The notes under the pieces are model-generated. The model had not been told where the DNA came from. It made no database searches and saw only the letters and a program-made list of their open reading frames with translations. DNA of 64,000 nt. It comes from an uncultured virus (IMG/VR IMGVR_UViG_3300044732_003010) (Duplodnaviria; Heunggongvirae; Uroviricota; Caudoviricetes). Shown here piece by piece: positions 9,992 through 19,558 of the stretch (position 1 is its first letter; the number at the start of each line of letters is the position of its first letter). The translations under genes and the position numbers were made by a program. The stretch is taken from the IMG/VR virus record IMGVR_UViG_3300044732_003010, positions 1 through 64,000 of that record. One strand, given 5' to 3'.

Positions 9992-10393
9992 ATGAACACA
10001 TGGCAAATAGCGGAAAAGTTATTTAATTTCTGTAAAGAAAAATACCCGGATTTAGACTGGAATTTTGATTTTACAGATAATGGCTACGAAATCATTCAAT
10101 GCTTAACTTTTTCTAATGACAGCATAGAGATTAGATACGGTTTTTGTACGGGATTAGACAGACGACTTAAGTGTGTTCAGTGGCAAGATAACCAAATAGG
10201 AAGGTTTAAAATTTGGATAAATCCTCCTACTGAGTTCTGTCATGATCGGTATGAAGACATTATAGTTTTTGAGAATCTTGCCTATTATAGACATGAGCTA
10301 TGGAGTGCAGAAGATTGGAAATTAGTTAGTCAATACCGAAAAATAATGTTAAATATTTTCACTTTCATTCTTGATGAAGTTAAAAATATCTAG
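9992..10393 (+). CDS. Tandem paralogue array member 1 (family C)
   Basis: N-terminal IAEKLFNFCKEKYPDLDWNF and C-terminal RKIMLNIFTFILDE; AGGAGTAACA RBS. Confidence 0.8.
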   Translation: MNTWQIAEKLFNFCKEKYPDLDWNFDFTDNGYEIIQCLTFSNDSIEIRYGFCTGLDRRLKCVQWQDNQIGRFKIWINPPTEFCHDRYEDIIVFENLAYYRHELWSAEDWKLVSQYRKIMLNIFTFILDEVKNI

Positions 10394-10444
10394 CATTACT
10401 AGACAGAATATCTGTCTAGTAATTTTACCCAACAGGAGTAACAA

Positions 10445-10876
10445 GTGGACATAAAACAAGTAACAGGGAAAATATTAGAATTCTGTCACAGAAGTTATCC
10501 AAATTTAAGATGGAATTACTCTTATAGTGATATTGATAGTTGTAAGGATGTTTCACTTATTTTTGGCTCTTGCTCTTTGTTTAAACTAGAACTAGAAATT
10601 CGCTCATATGAAAAACAAGAGCGTTATTCTTACGAAAAAGAAGCTACTTACGATTATATACTAGGGTCGCTTCTAATATCTCAATCAGAAGAAAAATCCT
10701 TACTTCCCTGGTCAGGTAGTTTTCAAGTGAGTCTAAACCATAATAAGAATAGCGAGTTAGAGTTTATGATTGCAACCCATGACGAGTGGAATGATGATAG
10801 CTGGAGTGTAGTAAAACAAGCCAGAAAAATAGTGAGAGAAATCTTTAATTTTATTGAAGACGAAATCCAAGAATAG
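10445..10876 (+). CDS. Tandem paralogue array member 2 (family C)
   Basis: Same conserved termini, different core; AGGAGTAACAA RBS with GTG start. Confidence 0.8.
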   Translation: MDIKQVTGKILEFCHRSYPNLRWNYSYSDIDSCKDVSLIFGSCSLFKLELEIRSYEKQERYSYEKEATYDYILGSLLISQSEEKSLLPWSGSFQVSLNHNKNSELEFMIATHDEWNDDSWSVVKQARKIVREIFNFIEDEIQE

Positions 10877-10889
10877 ACAGGAGTAACAA

Positions 10890-11249
10890 GTGGACATAAA
10901 ACAAGTAACAGAAAAAATATTCAATTTCTGTAAAGAAAAATACCCAGATTTAGACTGGAATTTTGACTCTGAAAATAATATAATTCAGTGTCCACTTTTT
11001 CCTGATGAATTAATAATAGAGGTTTTTCTGGATAGTCCGCTTAAGCGTATTTCATGCGAAGCATATCATGTAGGCACGTTTGAATTGTGGATAAACCCTG
11101 ACGATAGCAATAACTATCCTTATGAGAATCAAATAGCATTTGATTATATTAGAAAGTCAAAATCTGATTATTTTGACAACAAATACAGAGAAACTCGAAA
11201 AGTAATGCTAGGCATTTTTAATTTCATTCTCGATGAGATTCAAGAGTAA
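10890..11249 (+). CDS. Tandem paralogue array member 3 (family C)
   Basis: Same conserved termini, different core. Confidence 0.8.
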   Translation: MDIKQVTEKIFNFCKEKYPDLDWNFDSENNIIQCPLFPDELIIEVFLDSPLKRISCEAYHVGTFELWINPDDSNNYPYENQIAFDYIRKSKSDYFDNKYRETRKVMLGIFNFILDEIQE

Positions 11250-11262
11250 ATAGGAGTAACAA

Positions 11263-11637
11263 ATGGACACATGGCAAATAGCTTGGAAAATATTCAAATT
11301 TTGCAGGGAACAACACCCAAATCTAAGATGGGACATCAAATCTGTAAGAAAAGACTCAACATATATTTATGGATCAGATTCTTTTATTGAATTAACATTA
11401 AGGGTTCACAAAGAATGTGAATTTGAATATATTTTAGGTTCTTCTAAAATATCACCTCCTATGCTCTGGCTAGGCACGTTTCACGTTTGGATAAATTTTG
11501 AAAAAAATAGTGACATAGATTTTACTCTTTATGAGACAGACAAAATATGGGACGAAAAAGATTGGCTATTATCCAAACAATCTCGAAAAATAATGTTAAA
11601 TATTTTTAACTTTATTCTCGATGAAATCCAAGAGTAA
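11263..11637 (+). CDS. Tandem paralogue array member 4 (family C)
   Basis: Same conserved termini, different core. Confidence 0.8.
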   Translation: MDTWQIAWKIFKFCREQHPNLRWDIKSVRKDSTYIYGSDSFIELTLRVHKECEFEYILGSSKISPPMLWLGTFHVWINFEKNSDIDFTLYETDKIWDEKDWLLSKQSRKIMLNIFNFILDEIQE

Positions 11638-11660
11638 AAACATTACTAAGAGTTAAAATA

Positions 11661-11993
11661 ATGGCGACAAACAAAGAGTTAGGACTTCCGCCTAAAGGAA
11701 CGTATCCAGCTAAGGTAATTGAAGTTATCGATAATTTTAAAGTAGTAATAAACCGTGGTAAATTAAATTGTATCCGAATAGATACTTCTCATCTAGTTTA
11801 TTCGATTACAAACAAGCCAATATACGACCCGATAACTAGCGACTTCATTGGTCATCGTATTCTTTATAAAGGGTCAGGAATGATTATTTCTGTTGAAGAA
11901 AATACCTCTATTATTCAAGCTTGCAATAATTCTCGATACGACTGCAAGGAATTTGTCAATGTTTGTGTCGGCGATTTAGTTATTTGTATTTGA
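11661..11993 (+). CDS. Hypothetical small beta-rich protein
   Basis: 110-aa ORF in operon; AKVIEVIDNFKVVINRG. Confidence 0.6.
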   Translation: MATNKELGLPPKGTYPAKVIEVIDNFKVVINRGKLNCIRIDTSHLVYSITNKPIYDPITSDFIGHRILYKGSGMIISVEENTSIIQACNNSRYDCKEFVNVCVGDLVICI

Positions 11994-12003
11994 GGTAATA
12001 ACA

Positions 12004-12480
12004 ATGGAACTATTAAAAAAAGCGTCACTTAAAGAAATCTCTGATTTCTTTAAAAAAACTTTTGAGCAGATGAGTATCTCCGGATACGATACAGTGGACA
12101 TCTCAGAGTGGGATACAGTCGCAGACGACAAATGTATTCGTTTAATAGGAACTTTGGTAATTAAAGAAGATTATCTTTACAAAACTTATGGTAAGTTAAT
12201 AAAAAACAAAAAGTATGAAGTTTTGATTGAATGTCGAGAAATTTCGACTGAATATCAATTGATAAACAAATGCTTTGAAAAAATCACAATAGAAGGTACG
12301 TTAGGCGGGTCTTTGGTTGTCCTGCATTGGAACTACAGTCTTGACAGAAACAATGAAACCTCAAGATATAATCTTTATCCAAGCGGAAACAAAGAAGAGT
12401 TCGATATTTTGATTCCAGAAGCAACAAAAATAATGGAAACTATTTTAGGTTTTATCAAAACAATTAAAGCTGAGGATTAA
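12004..12480 (+). CDS. Hypothetical protein, possible distant family C member
   Basis: C-terminal LIPEATKIMETILGFI resembles the family C terminal helix. Confidence 0.6.
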   Translation: MELLKKASLKEISDFFKKTFEQMSISGYDTVDISEWDTVADDKCIRLIGTLVIKEDYLYKTYGKLIKNKKYEVLIECREISTEYQLINKCFEKITIEGTLGGSLVVLHWNYSLDRNNETSRYNLYPSGNKEEFDILIPEATKIMETILGFIKTIKAED

Positions 12481-12485
12481 CGCTA

Positions 12486-12947
12486 ATGAACAAAACAGAA
12501 GCATTAAAACAAATTGAGGTTTTTTGTAGAGAAACTTTTAGTCAGTCTAATTACTCAGAATGGCAAATAAAGACGGAAGACGGATTTTCCTATCTACAGG
12601 GAACACTGGAAATTTTTTGTCAAAGTCTAACTCAATGTCAATACGGGGTATGGATTGAATATCAAAATAAATATTCTAAAAAATTAATAGTTACAGTAGA
12701 AGCTTGTTTAGCTTTAGAGTATAATTCTGTACCTTATCTTAGTTGGGTTGAAATAAAATCAAACAGGAAAAAAATACAGGGAGATGGTAAACATTTGTAT
12801 ATTTTACTACCAGAAACAAAAAAAATAATAAAACCTATCTTAGACTTTATCGAAAATGAAATACAAATCAAAATAGATTTGTCTAAAAAGGTTGAAAAAG
12901 GTAGTTGCTTACAATTGACTATGGATTTTATTAAAACCAAAATATAA
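12486..12947 (+). CDS. Hypothetical protein, possible distant family C member
   Basis: IEVFCRETF near the N-terminus and KKIIKPILDFIENEIQ near the C-terminus. Confidence 0.6.
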   Translation: MNKTEALKQIEVFCRETFSQSNYSEWQIKTEDGFSYLQGTLEIFCQSLTQCQYGVWIEYQNKYSKKLIVTVEACLALEYNSVPYLSWVEIKSNRKKIQGDGKHLYILLPETKKIIKPILDFIENEIQIKIDLSKKVEKGSCLQLTMDFIKTKI

Positions 12948-12961
12948 TCTGAAATAAAAAC

Positions 12962-14785
12962 ATGACACTAGCACTACAAGCACAAACACTTTTCGTACCG
13001 ACTAAACCACAAATTCAATTAAGAGATGACCAAAAAGCTCTTAAAAGAGAACTGTATGACGCTCTAAAAATCTACAAAAGAGCCTTAGTCGTTGCCCCTT
13101 GCGGATGGGGAAAAACAGTATTTTTTTGTCAAATAATCTACGACGCTACTGTAAAAAGGCAGCGTCGGACTTTAATCGTAGTACCTTTTACGGTACTTAT
13201 TGAGCAAACCCTAGAAACTTTGGGGAAATTTGGACTATCTGCTGGGGTAATTGCTGGTAACTACAAAGAAGATAGAAACCAATTAGTACAAATTGCAACG
13301 ACTCAAACCTTATCTAGAGGACGAGATATTACTTGGTTTAATCCCGAAGTAATACTAGCCGATGAAGTTCATCTATCAGCTTACTGCCAATGGTTTAAAG
13401 ATAGCTTTCCCAATCTTAAAAACGGTAAGCAAACAACCTCAATTAAAGACATTCGTGACGAATTAGCAGTATTAGGTATCGCTGTAGAAAGAGAGGACAT
13501 AGAACCTTACAAAATTACTTTTGAGGAAGCTAAAGAAAAATGCAAACACCTTAGTCTAGTTCACGCTGAGTCAAAAGAGATATTACAAGAAATAAACTCA
13601 GCATGGGAAGTAATTCGGAAACAACAGCACCTTTTTTCGGGGAAAACCCTACCAGTAGATAATCGTCTCGTAATTGGTCTAACAGCAACCCCGTGGCGGT
13701 TATCGAAACGTGAAGAGCTAGGAGATATATTTGAGGTTCAGGTAACTGGGCCTACTCCAAAAGAAATGATTGAACGGGGCGCGCTTGTCGGTTGCGTTTA
13801 CTTTGGGACTAAAAATAAAATAAACACTAAAGGGGTAAAAATTAATGGCGGTGACTTTGATGCTAGTCAGTTAGAGATTCGTTGTCTTGAGGCGGTAAAA
13901 TCAACAGTTTCCGAGTATCGCAGGCTCGGTCAAGGGAGACAGTTCGTTTGTTTTGCTGCGGGTGTAGAACACGCTAAAAGCCTCTGTACAGAATTTAACG
14001 AGAGGGGTGTTCCCACGGCCATTATCACAGCCGAAACACCAGAGCAGGAAAGAAGAGAAATATTTAGAAAAGTAGCTGAATTAAGATTGCGGGGGATTGT
14101 AAATATTAATACCTGCGGAATAGGATTTAATTTGCCCGCAATTTCTTGTATAATTCATGCCAGACCAACTAAGAGCAGAACTCTTTATATTCAGATGACT
14201 GGTCGCGGTCAACGGCTTTGTAGCTGGCTAGGCAAGATTGATTGTCTGATTTTGGATCAAGCGGGGAACGTAACCGAGCATGGATTTATCGAGGATGTAA
14301 AGTATCCTCAACTTTCTACGTCCTCTGATACCCCAAAAGGGCAAGCTCCGACTAAAGAGTGCGAAAATTGCAATAAAATAACCTACGCTTCCGCTCGTAT
14401 TTGTCCTCACTGTGGCCACGAATTTCCGACAAAAGAAAAAAAACAAATCGCCAACGAAAGACTAGAGATTATAATTCACGATAAAGATAGAGAATTATAC
14501 CTAGCCTACAAGTACGCTCTCAGACAAGCTTACAAAAAAGGTGAGCATATTGAAAGTGTCCGGGGATGGATGATCAAAACATTTAAAAATCCTAGACTAA
14601 GCAAAGACTGGATGCCCCCTAAATCTTGGAAGTTACACGCAATCTTCAAAAAAGACTATACTGTAAATGACTTGAATAATTACGAGGCTTACTTGAAAAG
14701 TCTTTGCAAAATTGAAAACAATAACTGGGTAAAAGCCAAAATGGCAGAGGAATTTGGAGATGGCTGGGACAATATTCGGCTCTAA
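12962..14785 (+). CDS. SF2 DEAD/DEAH-box helicase with C-terminal zinc ribbon
   Basis: APCGWGKT, DEVH, TAT, QMTGRGQR, CENC...CPHCG. Confidence 0.9.
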   Translation: MTLALQAQTLFVPTKPQIQLRDDQKALKRELYDALKIYKRALVVAPCGWGKTVFFCQIIYDATVKRQRRTLIVVPFTVLIEQTLETLGKFGLSAGVIAGNYKEDRNQLVQIATTQTLSRGRDITWFNPEVILADEVHLSAYCQWFKDSFPNLKNGKQTTSIKDIRDELAVLGIAVEREDIEPYKITFEEAKEKCKHLSLVHAESKEILQEINSAWEVIRKQQHLFSGKTLPVDNRLVIGLTATPWRLSKREELGDIFEVQVTGPTPKEMIERGALVGCVYFGTKNKINTKGVKINGGDFDASQLEIRCLEAVKSTVSEYRRLGQGRQFVCFAAGVEHAKSLCTEFNERGVPTAIITAETPEQERREIFRKVAELRLRGIVNINTCGIGFNLPAISCIIHARPTKSRTLYIQMTGRGQRLCSWLGKIDCLILDQAGNVTEHGFIEDVKYPQLSTSSDTPKGQAPTKECENCNKITYASARICPHCGHEFPTKEKKQIANERLEIIIHDKDRELYLAYKYALRQAYKKGEHIESVRGWMIKTFKNPRLSKDWMPPKSWKLHAIFKKDYTVNDLNNYEAYLKSLCKIENNNWVKAKMAEEFGDGWDNIRL

Positions 14786-15425
14786 TGGATTATTACTGGC
14801 ATCTTCCCAGGAATACAAAGAACAAATAGCGAACGAGCTATTTAGACTTATTTCTATAGGCTCTGCGCCTATTCTTTCCCGTACCCTTGCCACACCCCCA
14901 AGTCCTCAAAATATAGATAGCTACTATATTGTCCCCGCAGGAGCTACTGGGGCATGGGTGGGGAAGACTAATCAGATAGCTTATCCCGTAATTGGCTTGA
15001 ATGGATTGCCTACAGGAACTTGGAAATTCTGGCAGCCTTTTGTCGGACTAACAGTTTTTCTTGTTTCTGGAGAAGCAATATTTTTTAATGGAACAAACTG
15101 GGTACTTGTTTCTAGTTTTGATCAATACTCTGGGGATATAGAAGCTCCTGCTGCTCAAATCTACCCTCTTGATTTCGCTTTATTAAGAGGTTATAATATC
15201 CTAAGTTTTAGTGCGGTAACTCAATCTGGTACAGCTACTATATCGGTTAAAATCAATGGAATAGATGTCCCTGAGTTAACCGATTTATCTATTACTTCTA
15301 CTCGATTAACCGTTTCTGTGACAACAGAAAATTTTGTTAACATAGGAAACAGAGTAGAACTTGCTGTTTCTGCTGTTAATAGCCCGAAACATTTATTTTT
15401 TACTATAGGGAGAAAATATGTCTAG
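14754..15425 (+). CDS. DUF2793-like virion fibre/spike protein
   Basis: TPPSP...YYIVPAGATGAWVGKTNQIA...W.F..P..G motif. Confidence 0.75.
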   Translation: MEMAGTIFGSNGLLLASSQEYKEQIANELFRLISIGSAPILSRTLATPPSPQNIDSYYIVPAGATGAWVGKTNQIAYPVIGLNGLPTGTWKFWQPFVGLTVFLVSGEAIFFNGTNWVLVSSFDQYSGDIEAPAAQIYPLDFALLRGYNILSFSAVTQSGTATISVKINGIDVPELTDLSITSTRLTVSVTTENFVNIGNRVELAVSAVNSPKHLFFTIGRKYV

Positions 15426-15594
15426 ATGGTTGTTTTTTCCTTTTCTTAATCCTTTTATTCCTGACGGCGAATTTAAAAGTTGCCAACTAAGCAATGCTAT
15501 TGTTAATAGTATGCGTCCTGTGGATACCGTAAATGGTACTTTTCTCTATTGCTCTTTTGATATAATTAATTCAGGATTTGATAGAACACCATGA
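15418..15594 (+). CDS. Small 58-aa ORF not in the ORF track; duplicate of the C-terminus of 16513..17292
   Basis: MSRWLFF...RPVDTVNGTFLYCSFDIINSGFDRTP; overlaps both neighbours; ~110-bp near-identical copy at ~17180-17292. Confidence 0.6.
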   Translation: MSRWLFFPFLNPFIPDGEFKSCQLSNAIVNSMRPVDTVNGTFLYCSFDIINSGFDRTP

Positions 15595-16511
15595 CTAACT
15601 TAACTAATCAAGATAACGTTGGTAATTACTATTTTGGTTATAGAGCCAATAATTTGCCCTTTGACAATGCCCAAATAGCATTAAATGCACCAACTCTTGT
15701 GAATTGGATTAATGCTTGTTTTGGAGACACTTATGCCGTAGTAAGTTCCGGTACGAATAGTTTTAATCTTATACTGCCTCATCCTAACGAAGTTCTTACT
15801 CCACCAGCGACATCTGTTACGCCGTGGCCAGATAGTAAACGCAGATTTACAGAGAGTGATATAAACGGCATAGCTTCAGGAAGCTCTAATAATCCGGTTT
15901 CCTATTTAATACCAGGCGGCGGACAAAGAAGTATTGATTTAAACTCTAATCCAAATTATGTCTATTACGCAGTATTAAATAATTTTTCTTTAAATATCTT
16001 TTATTGTCGATATAATTCATCTGGGTTAATTCCTGATGTGGCTAGTGTATTTACAAGCATAGGATTTTTAAAAAATCCTTTATATCCATCATCTAGTTTT
16101 GTCCGAAATGCCTATTATTATAGTTTAGGTTGTTCTGAGAATAACTGGACGAATGGTGGAGGCCACCCTGAAGTCTTGGGAGTTCAAGCCCCATCACTCA
16201 AATATTTAAGAGTTCCGAATGTGTCAACTCCTGTTACCGCCGATCCAATTGCAAACTATGCTATTTCTTGTCAGACGGCTACCCCCGGAGCCAACACCAC
16301 AGATTTGGTGCTTCGAGACGATGAGGCTCCAAACAAAGCCATCGGAATTGTTTCTAATGTACTCAAAACAACCCTAAATATTCCCGTGGGACAAATCTAT
16401 AGAAATACAGGGGTTGATCCTGATGGTTCCGATAATCCGAGTTGGATGTGTGTCGGAAAAATGGGGAACGAATCTATATTAATGCGAGCATGGGCTACAG
16501 GGTTAGTTTAG
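15591..16511 (+). CDS. Putative virion tail/baseplate protein
   Basis: N/S/G/P-rich 306-aa ORF between DUF2793 and DUF2460 genes; assignment by context only. Confidence 0.5.
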   Translation: MTNLTNQDNVGNYYFGYRANNLPFDNAQIALNAPTLVNWINACFGDTYAVVSSGTNSFNLILPHPNEVLTPPATSVTPWPDSKRRFTESDINGIASGSSNNPVSYLIPGGGQRSIDLNSNPNYVYYAVLNNFSLNIFYCRYNSSGLIPDVASVFTSIGFLKNPLYPSSSFVRNAYYYSLGCSENNWTNGGGHPEVLGVQAPSLKYLRVPNVSTPVTADPIANYAISCQTATPGANTTDLVLRDDEAPNKAIGIVSNVLKTTLNIPVGQIYRNTGVDPDGSDNPSWMCVGKMGNESILMRAWATGLV

Positions 16512-16512
16512 C

Positions 16513-17292
16513 ATGATCTATTATCACGTTTTTGGAACTGCTAGAGAAAAAAGCTTAAATGGAAGTCAAGATAATCCTATATTTTGGCGTACTGGCATAC
16601 CGATTTCGTGGGACAAAGAACCGACATTAAAGCCTGTTGGTGGAATTAATCTATTTGGTCAATTTTGGAAAATAACCAGCAAATACGGGCAACAAGTAAG
16701 TATTTTCTTTATTCCTTCTAATCAGTATAACTCTCGCTATACTGGTTCAATTGCTGACACAATCCCCTTAGAGAGAACCAGTAAAAACTACACTTATTCT
16801 GGTACTGTAAGCGAGCCCAAGAAACTTGCTTACAATGTTATAATAATTGACATCATTCGTGTCACTGATCCAGTTGATTTTCCTGATGATCCTTACCCAG
16901 TAAATATTCCTCAATTTCCTATTATTCCAGATAAAGACTATCAAACAGAAATTCAGTTTTCTAATTCTTTACTAGAAAATACAAATGGGGCAGAACAACG
17001 AATAGTGGAATGGTCTAGTCCTGTTAGAGTGTTTAATCTTGCTCGAACTACGTTACAACCTGATGATTTAAATGCTATTCTTGACTTTCATGAAGAAATG
17101 AAAGGATCGAAAAAAGACTTTCTTTATCGTGACCTTTCTGATTATCAAGTAAAAGGAATTTATGAGTGGCTAATTTATTGTCGATTAAGCAATGATAATG
17201 TTAATAGTTTCCGTCCTGTAGATACGGAAGATGGTACTTTTCTTTATTGCTCTTTTGATATAATTAATTCAGGATTCGATAGAACACCATAA
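16513..17292 (+). CDS. Distal-tail-like protein carrying the N-half of a DUF2460 domain
   Basis: NGAEQRIVEWSSPVRVFNL...LDFHEEMKG...FLYRDLSDY. Confidence 0.7.
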   Translation: MIYYHVFGTAREKSLNGSQDNPIFWRTGIPISWDKEPTLKPVGGINLFGQFWKITSKYGQQVSIFFIPSNQYNSRYTGSIADTIPLERTSKNYTYSGTVSEPKKLAYNVIIIDIIRVTDPVDFPDDPYPVNIPQFPIIPDKDYQTEIQFSNSLLENTNGAEQRIVEWSSPVRVFNLARTTLQPDDLNAILDFHEEMKGSKKDFLYRDLSDYQVKGIYEWLIYCRLSNDNVNSFRPVDTEDGTFLYCSFDIINSGFDRTP

Positions 17293-17306
17293 ACAGCGAT
17301 TTTAAC

Positions 17307-19043
17307 ATGACTTCTTTTATCCCAAATGGTAATTTTGTTTATTGTCGTTTCGATATAGATAATTCAGAGTTTAGTAGAAATGCTACCGAGCTTGTTACCG
17401 AATTCTACACAGAAGGAGTATTTTCCCCGGAACACGATGGGGTGAAAACAGAATTTATTTTGATTAAAAAATATTCCTGCGGCAATAACGTTCATCACAG
17501 GCCTATTCTTTATCCAGATATTGATAGCCTAAAAATCTATCAAGGAACTACAGAAATACCACCGTCAGAATATATAGTAGCTCCTGGTAAAATAGTTTTT
17601 AATAATCCGCCTCCTAGCACCCCCAAATTAACTTGGGAAGGCACTTTTAAAGTATTATGTCATTTTGAAGAAGATAAATTAGATTATCAGCCTATCACAA
17701 AAAATAGAAATAACGCTATTTTTTCTATCCCTAAATTAATTTTACGAGAATCAAGAATTGAACCTGAAATTGCATTGCTACCTGGTGATGTTTTTTATCC
17801 AAATTTAAATCACGATTTTAATTTAAATCTGACTAAAAGGTGTACAATTTCTCCTAAATTTGAGACAAATATTATTAGCTTATCTAGTGGAGAAAGAAAA
17901 AGATTTTCTCGGAGAAATATTCCCTCTGATATTAGCTCTTTACAACAAAGAAAAACTTTATCTCAAAAAGATATTGATTATTTGATTGCCCTATGGTTGT
18001 GTGCTAAGGGGGCAGGAGCGAGATTTCGTTATCCTGATTTAGTTAACGATTTATCAATTTTGTCCCGATTTAACTCTGTTTCTTTGAGCTACCAAAACCA
18101 AACCTCTTTACAAATTTATTCACTTGGAGAATTACAGATTAGGAGATTTACCGAAGAAATACAACAAGATTCAGGGTTAGAAGATTCTTTTGCAAATCCT
18201 GTTTTAACGCTTTGTTATTGCGTTTTAATTGAACTTACAAACGGAGAAAAGCTCGGTTATACAAATTTTTCCCAAGACTTAAAAATTGGTGGGGTAGTAT
18301 TTCGGGCAAAGCAAGCTCTTGATCCGACTGCAATAGAAAAGCAATTAGGAATACAATCGGATAATCAAGAATATAGAGGTGCTTTTAGTGATAATATTGA
18401 CGAAAATTTACTTTTTTCTGATAGATTTAGAGAAGCTAGAATTATCACAGCAATTGTTGATTGGCAATATCCTCCTAATTCACTCTTGGATCTTCCAGAC
18501 GAGCAAATACAAATAGGTTATGTGGGGGAGATTAAATCACTTGGTGGCGAAAGCTATACGCTTGAAAATCTTACTGCCTCTAGTATTAATTTAAGGCAAA
18601 GTAGAGATGAAAAAACATCACTTTTTTGCCAATGGGCTTTTGGACAGGATAACGGTGATAACTCAGGATGCCGTAAACAAGTACCATTTTACGAGACTCA
18701 GGTTGCTGGTGTTAATAGTCGGAGAGACTTTGAGGTGTGGGGAGAATATCAAAATCTTGCTTGGGGAAAATGCACATTTACAGACGGAGCAAATAAATCA
18801 GCTACTTACGCAATTTACCGAACTGTTTCAATATTTGGAGGTAAAACTAATATTCAGTTATTTACTGAAGCATCTGGCCCCGTAGCTACCCACGATGGCG
18901 TAATCCTTACTGCTGGCTGTGACAAAACTTACAATACTTGTAAAAACACTTGGAATAATGCTATAAATTTTGGAAATATCCCCAGTTTTGGCAACTTTAT
19001 GCCTGGGAATGACTTTTTGTTAAGCTCTCCAAAGCAAAGCTAA
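17307..19043 (+). CDS. Baseplate hub fusion (DUF2460 C-half + second DUF2460-like segment + DUF2163/BR0599)
   Basis: DGVKTEFILIKKY; SGERKRF...AKGAGARFRYPD; GYTNFSQDL; C-terminal AGCDKTYNTCK.....INFG BR0599 motif. Confidence 0.8.
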   Translation: MTSFIPNGNFVYCRFDIDNSEFSRNATELVTEFYTEGVFSPEHDGVKTEFILIKKYSCGNNVHHRPILYPDIDSLKIYQGTTEIPPSEYIVAPGKIVFNNPPPSTPKLTWEGTFKVLCHFEEDKLDYQPITKNRNNAIFSIPKLILRESRIEPEIALLPGDVFYPNLNHDFNLNLTKRCTISPKFETNIISLSSGERKRFSRRNIPSDISSLQQRKTLSQKDIDYLIALWLCAKGAGARFRYPDLVNDLSILSRFNSVSLSYQNQTSLQIYSLGELQIRRFTEEIQQDSGLEDSFANPVLTLCYCVLIELTNGEKLGYTNFSQDLKIGGVVFRAKQALDPTAIEKQLGIQSDNQEYRGAFSDNIDENLLFSDRFREARIITAIVDWQYPPNSLLDLPDEQIQIGYVGEIKSLGGESYTLENLTASSINLRQSRDEKTSLFCQWAFGQDNGDNSGCRKQVPFYETQVAGVNSRRDFEVWGEYQNLAWGKCTFTDGANKSATYAIYRTVSIFGGKTNIQLFTEASGPVATHDGVILTAGCDKTYNTCKNTWNNAINFGNIPSFGNFMPGNDFLLSSPKQS

Positions 19044-19122
19044 GTTTTTCTAAAAAATTAATTTCAATGCATAAATAACAGTAAAAGCTCTAGAATAGTT
19101 TTATTGATGTTTCCCTTCTGCC

Positions 19123-19527
19123 ATGTATTATATTTCTGTTGCCAACCAAAGCCATCCCCCTTATGTCGAGAATCACGATTTAAAAATAAATTTTGACGAT
19201 CTTGGGACTGTCGTGGCTATCGCGATAGCATTACTTAGTATGTTTTCAAAAAATACTAAATCACAAGCCAAAGAACTTGATCACGAAACCTTCGAGAAAA
19301 CATCAAGGAAGATGGAAACTCTTGAACAAAAACTAGAGAAAATGGTTGAAAAACTATCAACAGGAATAGAAAAATTGACTACATTAACAGCGCAACTTGA
19401 CAAAGAGATAAGTCTTATTAAAGCCAAACAAGAAACTTTCTCTTCTATTTCTGATCAAATAGAAGGACTTCGCAAAAGACAGGAAGAACTTGATATACGA
19501 ATCGGAATACTTGAGCATAAACCTTAA
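19123..19527 (+). CDS. Single-TM coiled-coil protein (lysis accessory/holin-like)
   Basis: Hydrophobic VVAIAIALLSMF followed by coiled coil; directly upstream of the endolysin. Confidence 0.5.
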   Translation: MYYISVANQSHPPYVENHDLKINFDDLGTVVAIAIALLSMFSKNTKSQAKELDHETFEKTSRKMETLEQKLEKMVEKLSTGIEKLTTLTAQLDKEISLIKAKQETFSSISDQIEGLRKRQEELDIRIGILEHKP

Positions 19528-19558
19528 CAGAATTGTCAACTTTACTAACTAAATTACC

